Source: Takakia lepidozioides (taxonomy: Eukaryota > Plantae > Bryophyta). Taken from it: a stretch of 64,000 bases of DNA. A program made the position numbers and the translations under genes. Each line of letters opens with the position of its first letter. Within the stretch, counting starts at the first letter, position 1. The stretch lies in NCBI GenBank assembly GCA_030704615.1, contig CM060734.1, positions 53,568,001 through 53,632,000 on the forward strand, read 5' to 3'. The notes beneath the pieces were generated by a model. That model was not told where the DNA came from and ran no database searches. It saw only the letters and a program-made list of their open reading frames with translations. Positions 13,401-25,903 of this stretch are shown piece by piece.

Positions 13401-15305
13401 CTCCAGCTGCATGGTCGGCTGCATGGCCCGAGAATAGTGTTTTGCAATCTCGGGGATGAAGTCCTTTCCAAGTGTCGGATCTACAATGGCCACCAGCTTC
13501 ACAAGCTTTGACTTGTATTTCGTTTTGGACTTGACCCCGGCTTCCTTCAAGTGCTCAGTCAATGACTGCAACGTTTTGACCTGCCCCTCACTTTCCATGA
13601 AGAAGCGTTTGGCATGGGCCAAATCCAGCTTGATGTTTGACTGCCAACAAAAACATGCAGAAGCGTTACATTCGATTTAAGTGGAAAGATTACTGGAAAT
13701 TGGGGAAGGATGAGCAGAGGGAAATGGGAGGACGACTTACTTCGTATATAACCTCCACCATTCCATCCATAGTGAGACGATACCATGTCCGGTCAGTTTT
13801 TGCCACGGCTTTCTGAATGAGCTCGGGCTCCAGCATTTCCACAAACATGTGCGGATCAGTGAGACAGTTTTCCTCACCTTGTACAGCATATGTGCCATGT
13901 GGGTATGCACGTACGCATTTTCAGTGACCCTGCAAGGCACACTCTCCAGTTCAGTCCACGAAAGCACGGAAACAAAACATATTGGAAACCGAAATGCGGC
14001 ACCGCATTTCGAACGTGCTTGGGAGGGTATGAGTATCTTACGAGTTGAGGTCCGCCATGGCATTCTTGAGCAGGGAGGAGTCTGCCGCCTTCACCTTGAG
14101 GATGACACACTCCACCATGTAATGCCAGCCAATGTGCTTGGCATGATTCTGCTTGATGTACTCCCACCAGGCGAGAAGTCGGTGATTCCCGTCCCACACA
14201 AAGAACATTTTACCCGACATATGGCCGAAGTCTGGATCACCCTTCAGGGTTGCCTCGAATTCGTCGTTGCAAGTGTGTCAGTGGGTATCCCATGTTGACA
14301 ATTCATCCGCAGTGGGTCCACGAGATTCGCCGTCCTCATTCTCAAGGGAAACATAGAAGGCTGGCGAACCTAGACGGTACCCTTCTCGAAATGCGAACTT
14401 GAGCTTATCCACATCTCCCGAAAGTGCCTGCCTGACGATGGGAAGGGAGACCATGCGACAGAGTGGGATTCGAAGAGTCCGCTGGAATACCCTGCTGCCC
14501 AAAACTCTGCCAATGCTACTATGTGTCTCCTCCAACATTGTATCCGCTGCACTTTGGAATTCCTCCGGAGACATTTCTGCTGGTGGTGGTAGGGGCTGAG
14601 CAGCTGGAGCATCCCCAACTGGAGCTGCACTCTTGGGAATCTTGCGGGCAATTCTGCAATTGCAGAGGCCTCCTCCGGGCCTTCAGTATTATGAAGATCT
14701 TCCTCAACGGTGGTCAGGTCTTGCTACTCACGTTGAGAGGCAGCACCCACCTCCGGTACCACATCGACGATATCGGTCGATCCCATTGCCTTCGCTGCAG
14801 CAGAGACGCCCCCAACATCACCAAGCTGGAAATCAAGCAGGAACTGGGCTTCAGCTCGTGGAATCGGTTTTGCGGGAGACTACTCTGCCCTCCCCCTGAT
14901 TGCCTTGTGCTTCCTCATTCTTGCAGGTGAAGGTGTTTGCTGCAATTGAATCTGCTTCATTTGTCTGGGTGGGGGGGAAACGGCCTGGTCCGGTTCAGAA
15001 ACAAGTTGAAGGACGGGCTGCTTCTTCTTCGTCTTTGCTGGAGAAGGGCTAGACCCCTGCTGACGATTCTCCATGACCTTCGAAGGTGAGTCGCTCTCTG
15101 GGGCTTTGAACTGCAAAGACTTGCCCTTGGAAGCCGCGTCCTTGAAACGCACATGGCTAGGCCCGGCAGGAAGACCCGTGCTTGTGGATTGGCTGGGTGT
15201 GCGTGCTGCAGCTAGCTCCACGGACTCTACCTGCGGCTCTTCGGATTCCTGCAATCCCTCCAGCACGTCCACCTTTCCGGTTAGGCATGCAAACATCTTC
15301 TGCAT
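10401..15305 (-). pseudogene. Multi-exon ParB-like domain + N4C/N6A methyltransferase-like fusion gene (element 1 copy)
   Basis: RIPLCRM..R..D..KL..F..GY..G...FYVS and VWDGNHRLLAW (14038-14574); CDMIILDIPDG (~11900); RSPAFIQTIMETCTDVEGTVLDLICGT/GASMWAGRFSDRHLFAYEED (11100-11370). GT..AG introns and several stops or frameshifts. Confidence 0.82.
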
Positions 15306-15925
15306 TCAAGTCTCCTAACATACAGTCTAAGAATTGCAGAAGAAAAATGAGGCGGGTTTTGGTGCTCGATCAGCTGGCGAATCCCGATAGCACGGAGCTC
15401 TCATTGGTGGCTGGGTTGCCTGCATGGCCTGATGCTGCGAGATGGCAATCTCCTCCTGTAGTCACATCTGCTTCCTCCCCTTCGGCATTGGCCTACGTCC
15501 GAAGTACAATTTTTGGAGCTTACGACGATGTCTCTTCTCTGGTGCATGCACTCCCTCCCTCTCAGGTTCGAGCATAAGAAGAACAGAGACAGGGAAAAGG
15601 GGCGAAGAGTGCAGATAGAAAGGGCGCGAGAGGGGTGACTGAGGAGACACGACAAAAGAAGATGAAACGGCGGTGATGCACCACTTGGGTTCGAAAAGGG
15701 TTGGACGAAAGTGTCTCATCGTGGACTTTGCGTCATTACGAAATTCGAATCGTTCAGGGTACGCCTGCCGTCCGAAAAACAAACATCATTATCGAACGGT
15801 CCGGCCGCGCCGCCTCATGCCATTTCGGTCAGATAGAGTGCAGACATGTGCCGCAATTCCGTTGCTCCACGTGTTCACATTTCAAGGCATTTCCGTCCCA
15901 GCGTCTGATGACTTGGAGTGAAAAT

Positions 15926-17535
15926 GCAAATGCGGCGCCGCATTTCCTTTAAGTACCATCACGAAGCTACACATCCGTACTTGTTGGAAGAAAATGTGGC
16001 ACCGCATTTCCGTTCCACCTTCACATACCTTAGTTGTTGAACGGAAATACGGTGCCGCATTTCCGTCCCACAACTCCATGCCTGAGATACAAAAGGGAAA
16101 TGCGGCGCCGCATTTCCGTTCTAGAATGTCAAAAGGTGCGAGTGGGATGGAAATGCGGCACAACATTTCAGTTCCCGTGGTTCATGATTTTCAATCTGAA
16201 CGGAAATGCGGTACCGCATTTCCGTTCCACCTTCACATACCTTAGTTGATGAACGGAAATGTCGTGCCACATTTCCGTTCGGGAAAGTATAAAGGTCTCA
16301 CCTGAACGGAAATGCGGTGCCGCATTTCCGGTTTGGAAAGTTTGAAGGTCTCACATGGATGGAAATGCGGCACCGCATTTCCGTCCCACAGCTCCAGGCC
16401 TCATATACAAAACGAAAATGCGGCGCCGCATTTCCGTTCTGGAATGTCGAAAGGTGCGACTCGGACGGAAATGCGGTGCCGCATTTCACGATTTTCAGTC
16501 AGAACGGAAATGCGGTACCGCATTTCCGTTCTGGAGAGTATGAAGGTCTCAAACAGACGGAAATGCGGTGCAAAATTTTCGTCCCTCCGCTCCATGCCTG
16601 AGATAGAAAACGGAAATGCGGCGCCGCATTTCCGATCTGGTATGTCGGAAGGTGCGACTCGGACGGAAATGCGGTGCCGCATTTCAGTTCCCGTTGTTCA
16701 TAATTCTCAATCAAAATGGAAATGCGATACCGCATTTCCGTTCTGGAGAGTATGAAGGTCTTAACCAGTCGGAAATGCGCTGCAGCATTTTCGTCACTCG
16801 GCTCCATGCCTCAGATACAAAACGGAAATGCGGCGCCGCATTTCCGTTTTGGAATGTCGGAAGGTGCGACTCGGACGGAAATGCGGTGCCGCATTTGAGT
16901 TACCGTTGTTCATAATTCTCAATCAGAACAGAAATGCAGTACCCCATTTCCGTTCTGGAGAGTATGAAGGTCTTAACCGGTCGGAAATGCGCTGCAGCAT
17001 TTCCGTCACTCGGCTCCATGCCTCAGATACAAAACGGAAATGCGGCGCCGCATTTCCGTTCCGGAATGTCGGAAGGTGTGACTCGGACGGAAATGCGGTG
17101 CCGCATTTCAGTTCTGATGGTTCACGATTTTCAGTCAGAACGGAAATGTTGTACCGCATTTCCGTTCTGGAGAGTATGAAGGTCTCAAACGGACGGAAAT
17201 GCGGCGCCGCATTTCCGTTCTGGTATGTCGGAAGGTGCGACTCGGATGGAAATGCGGTGCCGCATTTCAGTTCCCGTGGTTCATGATTCTCAATCAGAAC
17301 GGAAATGCGGTACCGCATTTCCGTTCAACCTTCACATACCGTGCTTGTTGGATGGAAATGCGTTACCGCATTTCCGTTCTGGAGAGTATAAAGGTTTCCC
17401 CCGGACGGAAACTCAATGCCGGTTTTCCGTCGCACTGGTGCATGACTAAGATGCAAAACGGAAATGCGGCGCCGTATTTCCGTCCAACAGCAATCGAAAG
17501 TATCAGTCCGGACGGAAATGCGGAACCTCATTTCC
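15926..17535. repeat. Phased array of ~30 palindromes GGAAATGCG-N4-CGCATTTCC with 53-bp period and 212-bp higher-order repeat
   Basis: Units start at 16043, 16096, 16149...16467 and 16506, 16559, 16612...17460, in steps of 53 bp with one 39-bp deleted unit. Spacer types recur. Confidence 0.95.
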
Positions 17536-17929
17536 ACATGCGGATCCTGAATGGGTTGCATTGTTCCGAAACAACACAATTGCGGCCTGTCTTGATGAGC
17601 ACAACCTGGTTGTCTGACAGTTTTAACTAACAATCCTGGCACTTGTTAGTGCGAACGTTCATGTCTGCACCGAGAATACTGCTGGATCCACCCTCAGGAG
17701 AAACTGTCAGGAGATGTTATTTCATCGCCGTATCGGCCATCATTGTCATACTTACTGGCTATGGAATCACACCTCCCACCTTCATGCATGTAGCTTGAAA
17801 CAATACTTTCCACTTCTATGTGTGACTTCCAATCGTCGATGGACTCCGCAGATCCACTTACATGGTGCCTGTGAGCCTTGGTCTGTCGCTATACTGAACC
17901 TCGTACTTGCCAACTTCGTGCGGTCTTCG

Positions 17930-20900
17930 ATGGCTCTGAATTCCTACGCTATAGTTTGTTGTCCTCCGGAACTTGGGAGAGCTTGGATCCCAAACGAGGG
18001 AGGACTTTGCAGAGTGACTGAAACTTACCTTTGTTCCAAATTCAAGCTCAAATCAGGCACAGTTTATTTGCAAGAAGAAATGAAGGATGTTCCTGGACAG
18101 GTTGACGAGACCATTGTCGTGCTAGGTAACGACGGAGGTTGCGGAATCGAATGGCACGTACCCCCATCAGATCTTGTACCGAGCTGTGGGAATGCCCATT
18201 CCCTTTCCAAATCAGTCGCTGCCCACACCATCCACAAATGAGTCCGGAAACCGACAGGCGGCCACTGCCAACAGAGTGGTATGCAACGATAATCATTCCC
18301 GACCTGGACCGTCAAGACCCTCCATAGCTTCTCGTGTGGACGTATTCGACATTTCCGACGAGGAAGATGAGTGCATTGAGGTCCCCATGTCCTCCACACG
18401 GTATTTCAAATCCGACATGGACGTCTCTGCAGGTGCTACGCATGTACCCTCGAGCATAACTCCAACCCGGTCCATTGTGCAGCTCCTATGGCAACATCAC
18501 CTCGATGGTTCTTGCTCCGAGCTGGCTGCTCTCGACTATGCCAAATTTCCAGTTAGGAAGGTAACGTATCTGCCTCCCAAAGTCGATGGCAATGTCATCT
18601 TCAAGTTTCCACCTGTTACTTCATCAAACAAAGCCTCAGGGATGTTAACAGACATGGATCGAAAGCATGACGGACACCCCTGGTGTGTGACGAAGACTAG
18701 TAGCACAAAAATTGCTGATGGTATTCGTGTACGATACGTCCTCTGTGCGGGGAAGCTGAGGTGCCTCAATCCCACCTGCTTCCACTTTCTCTCCAAAGGA
18801 GGGCGGAGAAACGAGACGGATTGGACTGGCACAACGCATCATCCATTCATTGTCTCCAGCCAAGCTCCTGCGGGTACTTTCAAGTGCGCACATTGCAAAG
18901 AACCACCGACGTGCATGTCCATGTGCAGAGCCAAACAATATTACGTTATCCATTTACTCCCGGACTTGACTAGAGCTTGCATACACGTTGGGGTCCACTG
19001 CCACCCCTTGGCGAGAGGCAACATGCGTGAGACTGTGCAGGAAGCACACGACATCATAAAAGAGGAGGTGAAATTGAGCCCCAGAGCCAGACCAAAGCAG
19101 ATTCAGCTGAAGGCAGCCCACAAGATTGCTCTTGGCAAAATCATGTCTGAAGATGGTTCAGACCGGGTGCCCTTGAACAAAGAGGAGATGCTTGACCTGT
19201 TGGAGTCCGTCTCGCACATTTGTAGTCCGAATGTGCGGAATCACATCGTATCTTGCAAGCAGGAGTTCGGCCGGGGGTTGGACATGCACTCAATCCTGGA
19301 GGTGAAACGAATGACTGGATATGACTACATCCAAGGTAGCAGGTTTCTAGGGCAAGGCAGCGAATCCGATCGTTGTTACATTTTTAAAATGTCAACGTGT
19401 GGGCCTGGGAGTGGAGTCGACTTGGTCACTCGCATGACAACTGGAAACTTGTCGAATGCTTGGGTGATGTTTGATCACATCAAGCGAATTACAAACCATC
19501 AGTGGGTGACTATGGGTGCGCATGTTTATGACTATCACTCCAAGAGGCTCATGACGATTGCAATCTGCGAGATGAAAGGGGAGGACACACAGTCGGAGAT
19601 GCATCTGTGGGAGGGCATAAACGAGCAGATGGCAAGGGCGGGATTGCCAGAGCCCAATTTCAGGGGATTCATGGCAGACAACGCTCAGGCCAACTGGGCA
19701 GCGGTGCGGCGTGTGTACGGTGAGGACCCCAATGTTCCAATGGAGGGGAAAGAGAGATCCTGTGGATTCCATTGGATGCAGAGTCTATCTCACTACACTA
19801 CCAAATTTGTTGCTAGCTCATTCCAGGCTGAACACCGTGTCCTTTGTACGGCGTGGAAGGATGCACCCACATTTGATGACGCGGAGGTTAAGTTTGCTAT
19901 CATCGAGGCTTGGTGGAACACGTCAGGTGCAGTGGAGACAACCAATCTAGGAGCCTTGCACATCTGGTTGGGGTGGTGGCATTTCCGGTATCGAGAGTTC
20001 GGATAGTACATGCGGGAGGTATGATGCTGTCATTTTCGTGCAATTGTTTTTCTATTACGGACCTTTCCATTGGTTCCTCACCATTGTTTGTGTCCTTGTA
20101 GGAGCGGTGCTTGGATTCCGACACGGACATGCCGAACACGAATATGGCAGAATCAGTGCACTCCTCCTGGCGAGCGTCTTTTGCCGCACATCTGGTGGAC
20201 GTAGTGACGGCCACAACGGAGGACATCGACAGAGCAATCATGCAGCAAGCCACGTACTACAAGTTCCTGAGCGGGAAACAATGGGGCTTTGGGCCGGACA
20301 GGGTGGAATTGTTGGTACGAACAGCTTCGAGGTCGAAGAATCCACTGAAATGGGCGACAACATTGCGAGAGAAGATCAAAGGGACGCCTCTACACCGCAG
20401 AGGTGAGCACCTAGAGGGGGACGTCTGTACTTGCCCTGTGAGGCGGAGGATTGAAGAGGAACCCGGGTGCGAAGAGGATTCCTGGAGATCCGACAGGAAA
20501 ATTCGGACAGCACCTCGAGGGCCCGTCATGTTGCCACACAATGTGTCTTCCAGCAGTGGAAGCCCAACAAATTCCAGATCGCCATCGCCTTCAAGCGGGG
20601 ATTCCGTGCAAGAAATTCTCACCGCTCGCTTGCCCCAGATTCCGCCCGCTGTTATGTAGTATGGCCAAGCCATTGTGGAGACGACTGTGTCTACGTCACA
20701 GTGGAGAATTGCTTGCACAAAGCCGTCCTTTCGAGGCAGGTGTTCCGCAATTCGAGTGGATACATGGCAACGTTGTTTAGAGATGATAAGGAGGAATCCA
20801 GATGGTGCTGTCCCTGCTCCTACTTTTACAGGAAGATTTGTCCATGCAAAGTTTGCGGAGGCGACAACCACCCAGTTCTGGTTCTGCAGGCACGACATTA

Positions 20901-20963
20901 TGACTTGCGTGTATGGAAAGCCCAAGTACAGCATACAAACAATGCCAGAGGCTCCCCCGGTGT
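17930..20963 (+). pseudogene. GCM-like/MULE DDE transposase of element 1 (5' part; continues at 51729-51156)
   Basis: 610-aa ORF with DGHPW..CAGKLRC..C..CAHC..C..HVGVHCHP, WVMFDHIKR (D1), FMADNA (D2) and ERSCGFHW (CxxH). Intron 20019-20101, then NMAESVH (E). In-frame TAG stops at 20004 and 20657 and a frameshift near 18170. Confidence 0.9.
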
Positions 20964-21546
20964 AGCCCAACGACGCAATGGCGTGAGCATGCGAGCGTAC
21001 GCTCACGCAGGAGTGACGTGGTGTGAGCGTCATGTCAACATGCTGATGTGGTGGTAAATGATGATGTGGCACTGTCCGTCATCTGCCACGTCAGCATTAA
21101 CATGCGCCGCCTATAACCGTGGATGGTCCTATGACCGTGGAATTAATGCAGGGAATCTTGCCTAAATAGAATCAAGACGAGCGTTGAGGCCTACAATTGC
21201 AGCATCCAACATTGTGCAATTACAAATGCTTGTTTCACTTTTACAATTACGAGGACGAAAAAATATCCTCACAAAGTGTGCGCCATAAAGGCTGCCACGG
21301 GAAGACCTCCTCCCTCCTCAAATAACAATGAGAGTTAGGATCATCTTCAAAAGATGATTGTAGTGCATAGCGACAGCAAGACATGTAGACTTCGAACGGT
21401 GCAATGACAAATGTGCACTACCTGAAAGTTGTCACTCAGAGCTCACTCCGTATAGTTGGAGGCCATATCATTGCACCGCCGACGAATTGATGTGAATTAC
21501 ACATTTCAAATCATGGTCGTCCACATACCACATTGCATAGTTGACG

Positions 21547-24500
21547 CTACCCATGTGTTGTTTCCTGCTGCAAAAGAGTATCGACCTCGTTGAAACTCAT
21601 AGTGGCCTGGTGAATGAAGTTGTCACGTTTGGGATCGCAAACCATCCTCTTCAAAAATATGAAATACAAATGTTTGCAGGGTATGAATTTACCTCTCTTG
21701 CCCAAACTGGTTGATAGCACATTCACAAAATCAGGACATGTGCAATTGGGGAAATTGGAAACCGTGATGTCGTAGGTCCTGTCATGAACAACAGATGTGG
21801 AAGTGATGATTGTGAATACCCGACCATATCCTGGATCGGGTACTTCCGTGGTGCTTCCAACACGAGCTTGGAGCATTCTTGCGGACTCCACTTTGCCAAA
21901 GTGTTCAGCGGTTGAAACGCCGAACGAGCTTTCCATCTCGTTTGGTTGGCCACAAGTCAGGATTTGCCGGGGGGACCCGGGAGGACGCATAAGTAGTAGC
22001 ACATGCATGGAGTTGGGGTTGTCTCGCAAGGGAAAAACCTGCCTCCTCCAGCATTTCAATCTCCTGAAAGCTGAGATGTGTTCCCACCTTCACGGGCCAA
22101 ACGCTTGGAGGAGATGGCTTCATCACTACGGAAGGACGCATAGTTCCATGCACACATCTGGCACAATCATATGCGCAGAACCAGAACTTGTGGTTCTTGG
22201 CTTCTGGTTGACCATATGGACGCATCAAGCCCGTGAAAGTCGGAGCAGGAGTTCGGGCACCACCTCTGGATATAGATGAAGTGCACTTCTCAAAATTAGT
22301 TGCCCTGATCGCTGTACATTTCACACGAGAGCCTACACTTGTGCGTTCTATGTACCAAACGTGGTCGGGGCATGCGAACTCAAGCACATCAAGGGGGTTG
22401 TTTCTCTCCTGCACCATTTCAGTGGCACTGTTTGATGCTGGAGCTTGCCGTCGTGTTGGAGGTTCCTCCACAATGGAGGTTCCGGACATGGAGCTGTCAT
22501 GCAGGGGAACACGAGGCTTCGAGAAGTTATCACGGTCTGCCCTGTGGGAATCTAAATCCAAACCAGGTGGAGTGTTCAATTTCCTCTTACAGGAGCCGAA
22601 TCTCTCCTCCCCTTCAAGATGTGGAACTCTAGAAACAAGTGGCGTTCCCTGGGCATACATGCTCACCGCCTGTGCTATCTTGATTGGATCCCCAGATCTG
22701 TTTGCAGCAACATCAACTCCCATTTGTCCGGACCCTTGCCACCAACCCCACCTCGTAAGAAATCACGGTATCGGGTTTGTTGTCGCAAGGCACGTATCAA
22801 ATCATCTGTTGTTGCCACATACAAATCCCGACCTCGTTTCCCAGACTGCTGCAACCATGCGTTGTGCACAGTTTCTGCCAAATTGCAAGATGGCATGTCC
22901 GCCATTTCCTCAATGGACATGTTCTGCAAAGTGCAGAACCACACTTCAAAACAGTGAACAGAAAACAACATAAAGAAAGCGAGGACACAATAAAATGGAA
23001 AGCAAATGTATGGAAAAGCAATAAATATAAGCCTCGTACCAATGGCATGGCTGCTCCCCACTGTCTATACCGGAAGTGCCAAAACGCCAGCCAATCTTCC
23101 AATGCTCTCATACTCTCAAGTGATGCAGCTCCAGAAGAGAACCACCAGGCACGAATTGTCTGGAACAAAGTGTCCGCCTCCTTCATTGTTCTAGCATCTT
23201 TGTACTCTTTGCACAATTTACGGTGCTGAGTCTGCATCTCTGGTTTGATGTCCGACTTTGTATGTTTTTCCAGAGATTGTGTCCAATGGAATAGACATGT
23301 ACGCTCTCTTCCTCGCATTGGCACTTTTGGGTCGCCCGATCCGAAGAGAATACGAACAGCATTGAAATTTGCTTGAGCACTATCCGCCATGAAACCTGCG
23401 AAATTTGGAGATGGCAGCCCATGACAGCCCATGACACGTATCAGGGAATTCCACATGAGCTTCTGGGATTCCGTATCCTCGGATTGCATGTCACAAACTG
23501 CAATTGTCATAACTCGTTGGTACACTGGATCGTAGACATGACAAGCCATTGTTGTCCAATCCTTCACTCGTTTCACATTATCAAACATAAGAAAACAGTT
23601 CTGCAAGTCCCCAGTCTTCTGCATCCGCTTCACGAGGCTAACCCCACTGCCCTCCCCAACAGTCGACATTTTGAAAAGAAAAACTTTGATGGCACCTTGA
23701 CCTGGGAATACATTGTATGTAATCGCACTTGCTCACTCGTTTCAATTCCAAAATATTGTCTATGTAGCCTCTGATCCTAGAGCCCATTCTCAATGCATTG
23801 ATCTGATGCCGAATGTTCGGTGAACTTAAAGTGGAGAAATGATCCATGACCAGGTCCAATGCTGCACCGTCAAGTTTAGTCCCCACAGAATCCCCTTCAC
23901 TCAAAATATGGCTTTCCAAGAAGGACTTGCTTGCGCCAAGAGCAATTGCAGATGTTGTTGCGGATGGGTTTCTCTCGAACTCCTGTTTAATCAACCTCGA
24001 TACTGTCTCAACACTCTCCTTGTAATCCCCCTTCGAGACAAGATGGTTATGGAATCCAAAATGCACACAAGCTCTTGTCATTGTTTTCAAACGGTGGACA
24101 ACATAGTACATTCTTGCTCCGCAGAGCGCCAAGCAGGATGGCACAAGTTTGCAGAATTTGCAGACGAAAGTGTTTGCCGATGGAGGGGCAGTCCCAGGCT
24201 GAAATGGATTTTCCGCCAAACCCTCCCATTCGCTTTGATTATGAACCCCAGACTGAAGAAAGTGTCTGCAATTCAAATTATCACACCTAAGGTGTCCATT
24301 GCAAACTGTCCTCCTGAAAACAAGCTTGTCATCATTCTGAATATTGGATGTTTTTGTTCTGCACCACGGGTGCCCGTCGTGTTTCTTGTCCATTCCATGC
24401 ATCACGATTGTTACACCTCCAACTCGTGGAGGAGGAGGCAGCTCGAATAGGATATCGCCATCAAAAGTCTCCGGCAAGCACTTCACAGGCACCTGCTTCA

Positions 24501-25167
24501 AAGATTCCCAATCAATTCCCCGCAACTCACTTTTGAATCCAGCCATTCCTCCCATCGCCCGCAATTTTGGAATGACACTACAAATCTCTTCTTCATCAGC
24601 TTCTCCAACCACAGTAGGAAGGACTAGATTTGGAATTTCACTTATGTCATCATCGGAAGAATCCGAAAGCTCAACGATTGGAGTGGAGGACGTCTGTTCT
24701 TTTTTCACCACCACCTCCCTCTTGTCTTCAATGACCGAAGCAGCAATCCCGGGCGTCACATATGACCCAAGGGACTTTCGCCGAGGCTCTCCAAGTACTC
24801 TGTATCGACCAGGACGCACTCTCCACTGGCTGATATGAGCTGTCTCATCACGGTTTTGGAAAGAGTATTTCAACAACTTCCCTTTAAGATCGTACACCTC
24901 TTTCTCCAAAAAGATGGAGCCATTCTGCAGCTGAAAACGGGTAGCCAAGACATGTTCCAGAACAATTGCAAATCCATTGTCAAGGACTTCCTGGGAGAAC
25001 GGCACTGGTTTGTCGTCAGAGAAGAACTCCGCTTCAGAGGAAGCCATCTTCTTTCCTCGCGTACGTTTGTACCTTGCTATCGCAGATCTAGTGTAAATCG
25101 GTTTACTGATGTCTCCAGAACACAGTTGAAGAATGAGCAGAGAATATGGCGGAGGAAGCTCAGACAA
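21547..25167 (-). pseudogene. Full-length GCM-like/MULE DDE/SWIM transposase of element X (few frameshifts)
   Basis: DKKHDGHPWC..CNGHLRC..CKFC..HFGFHNH; FLMFDNVKR; FMADSA; ERTCLFHW; intron 22924-23039; NLAETVH; SWIM PNCTCPDF..PCKH. Frameshifts near 23710, 22705 and 21905. Confidence 0.92.
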
Positions 25168-25903
25168 TGACTATGCATATTATGTTATTCTTTCCAGATA
25201 TGCAGCCGTCCATTTTAATTACTTTTCTTGTGGGCCCAGTGGTCAGAGTATCCCTAGGAGCAGTGTCGGCAGCTGTTAAACCGTTAACCAGAACCTCATC
25301 AATAAACCCAATAACAAAGCCGACTTCCTGGAAGCATGCCACAGGATCTGAGGATGGGATTGCAGATTAAGTAAATGTATCTTTATACTACTACCAATGA
25401 TCATGCGCACCTGGAAAGTTCCAAATGTGAAACGAATGTGGGGTTTGGCTAACAATGATGACCGTGTATGATATTCCAAGATTTGTCATCAAACTCTCGT
25501 TCATTTACATTTATTTGTGTAAGACTGTGCGCCAAGATTTTTGGGATTCGATGTTATTTTTAAATATTGAAACCGTTCTAATAAAGAACACGCCGTTTAT
25601 TTTGGGCGACACACGTCAGACATCCATAACTGAATACGAACTGCTGTATACCAATTGCTGGCATGTGCACTAATAAGGGAACGACTATGTGTAACGGTCA
25701 CGCGAGAGGGAATCCGATGCTTCTAGAGACACGCAAGAACGCAGGCAATCCCGCAAGAAATCAGGAGTCACTGCGTTTTTCTACTTTTCGCGCTTAGAGA
25801 GAGAGTGGTAGTCAAGCTGGAGAGGGTTCCTTCTACAATACGAAAGAGAAGAAAGTCTCTTTATTTTACTTCCCTTAGAGAGAGACGCAGAGCAAGAGAG
25901 CAA

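Larger units (their letters stand above)
6789..20963 (+). mobile_element. Element 1, left 14.2 kb: GCM-MULE transposon carrying a ParB-MTase gene, two paralogous unknown genes and GGAAATGCG-N4-CGCATTTCC arrays
   Basis: Terminus CTATTTCATGAGC... at 6789 matches the one at 50334. The same palindrome recurs from ~8062 to ~17535, and the transposase is cut at 20963. Confidence 0.8.

Noticed and set aside
10401-15305. Bacterial or phage contamination explaining the ParB-MTase
   Set aside because: The genes have GT..AG introns at shared positions and are interleaved with eukaryotic hAT, LINE and Gypsy elements.
15926-17535. CRISPR array
   Set aside because: Spacers recur in a four-unit higher-order pattern instead of being unique, there are no cas genes, and the context is eukaryotic with spliceosomal introns.
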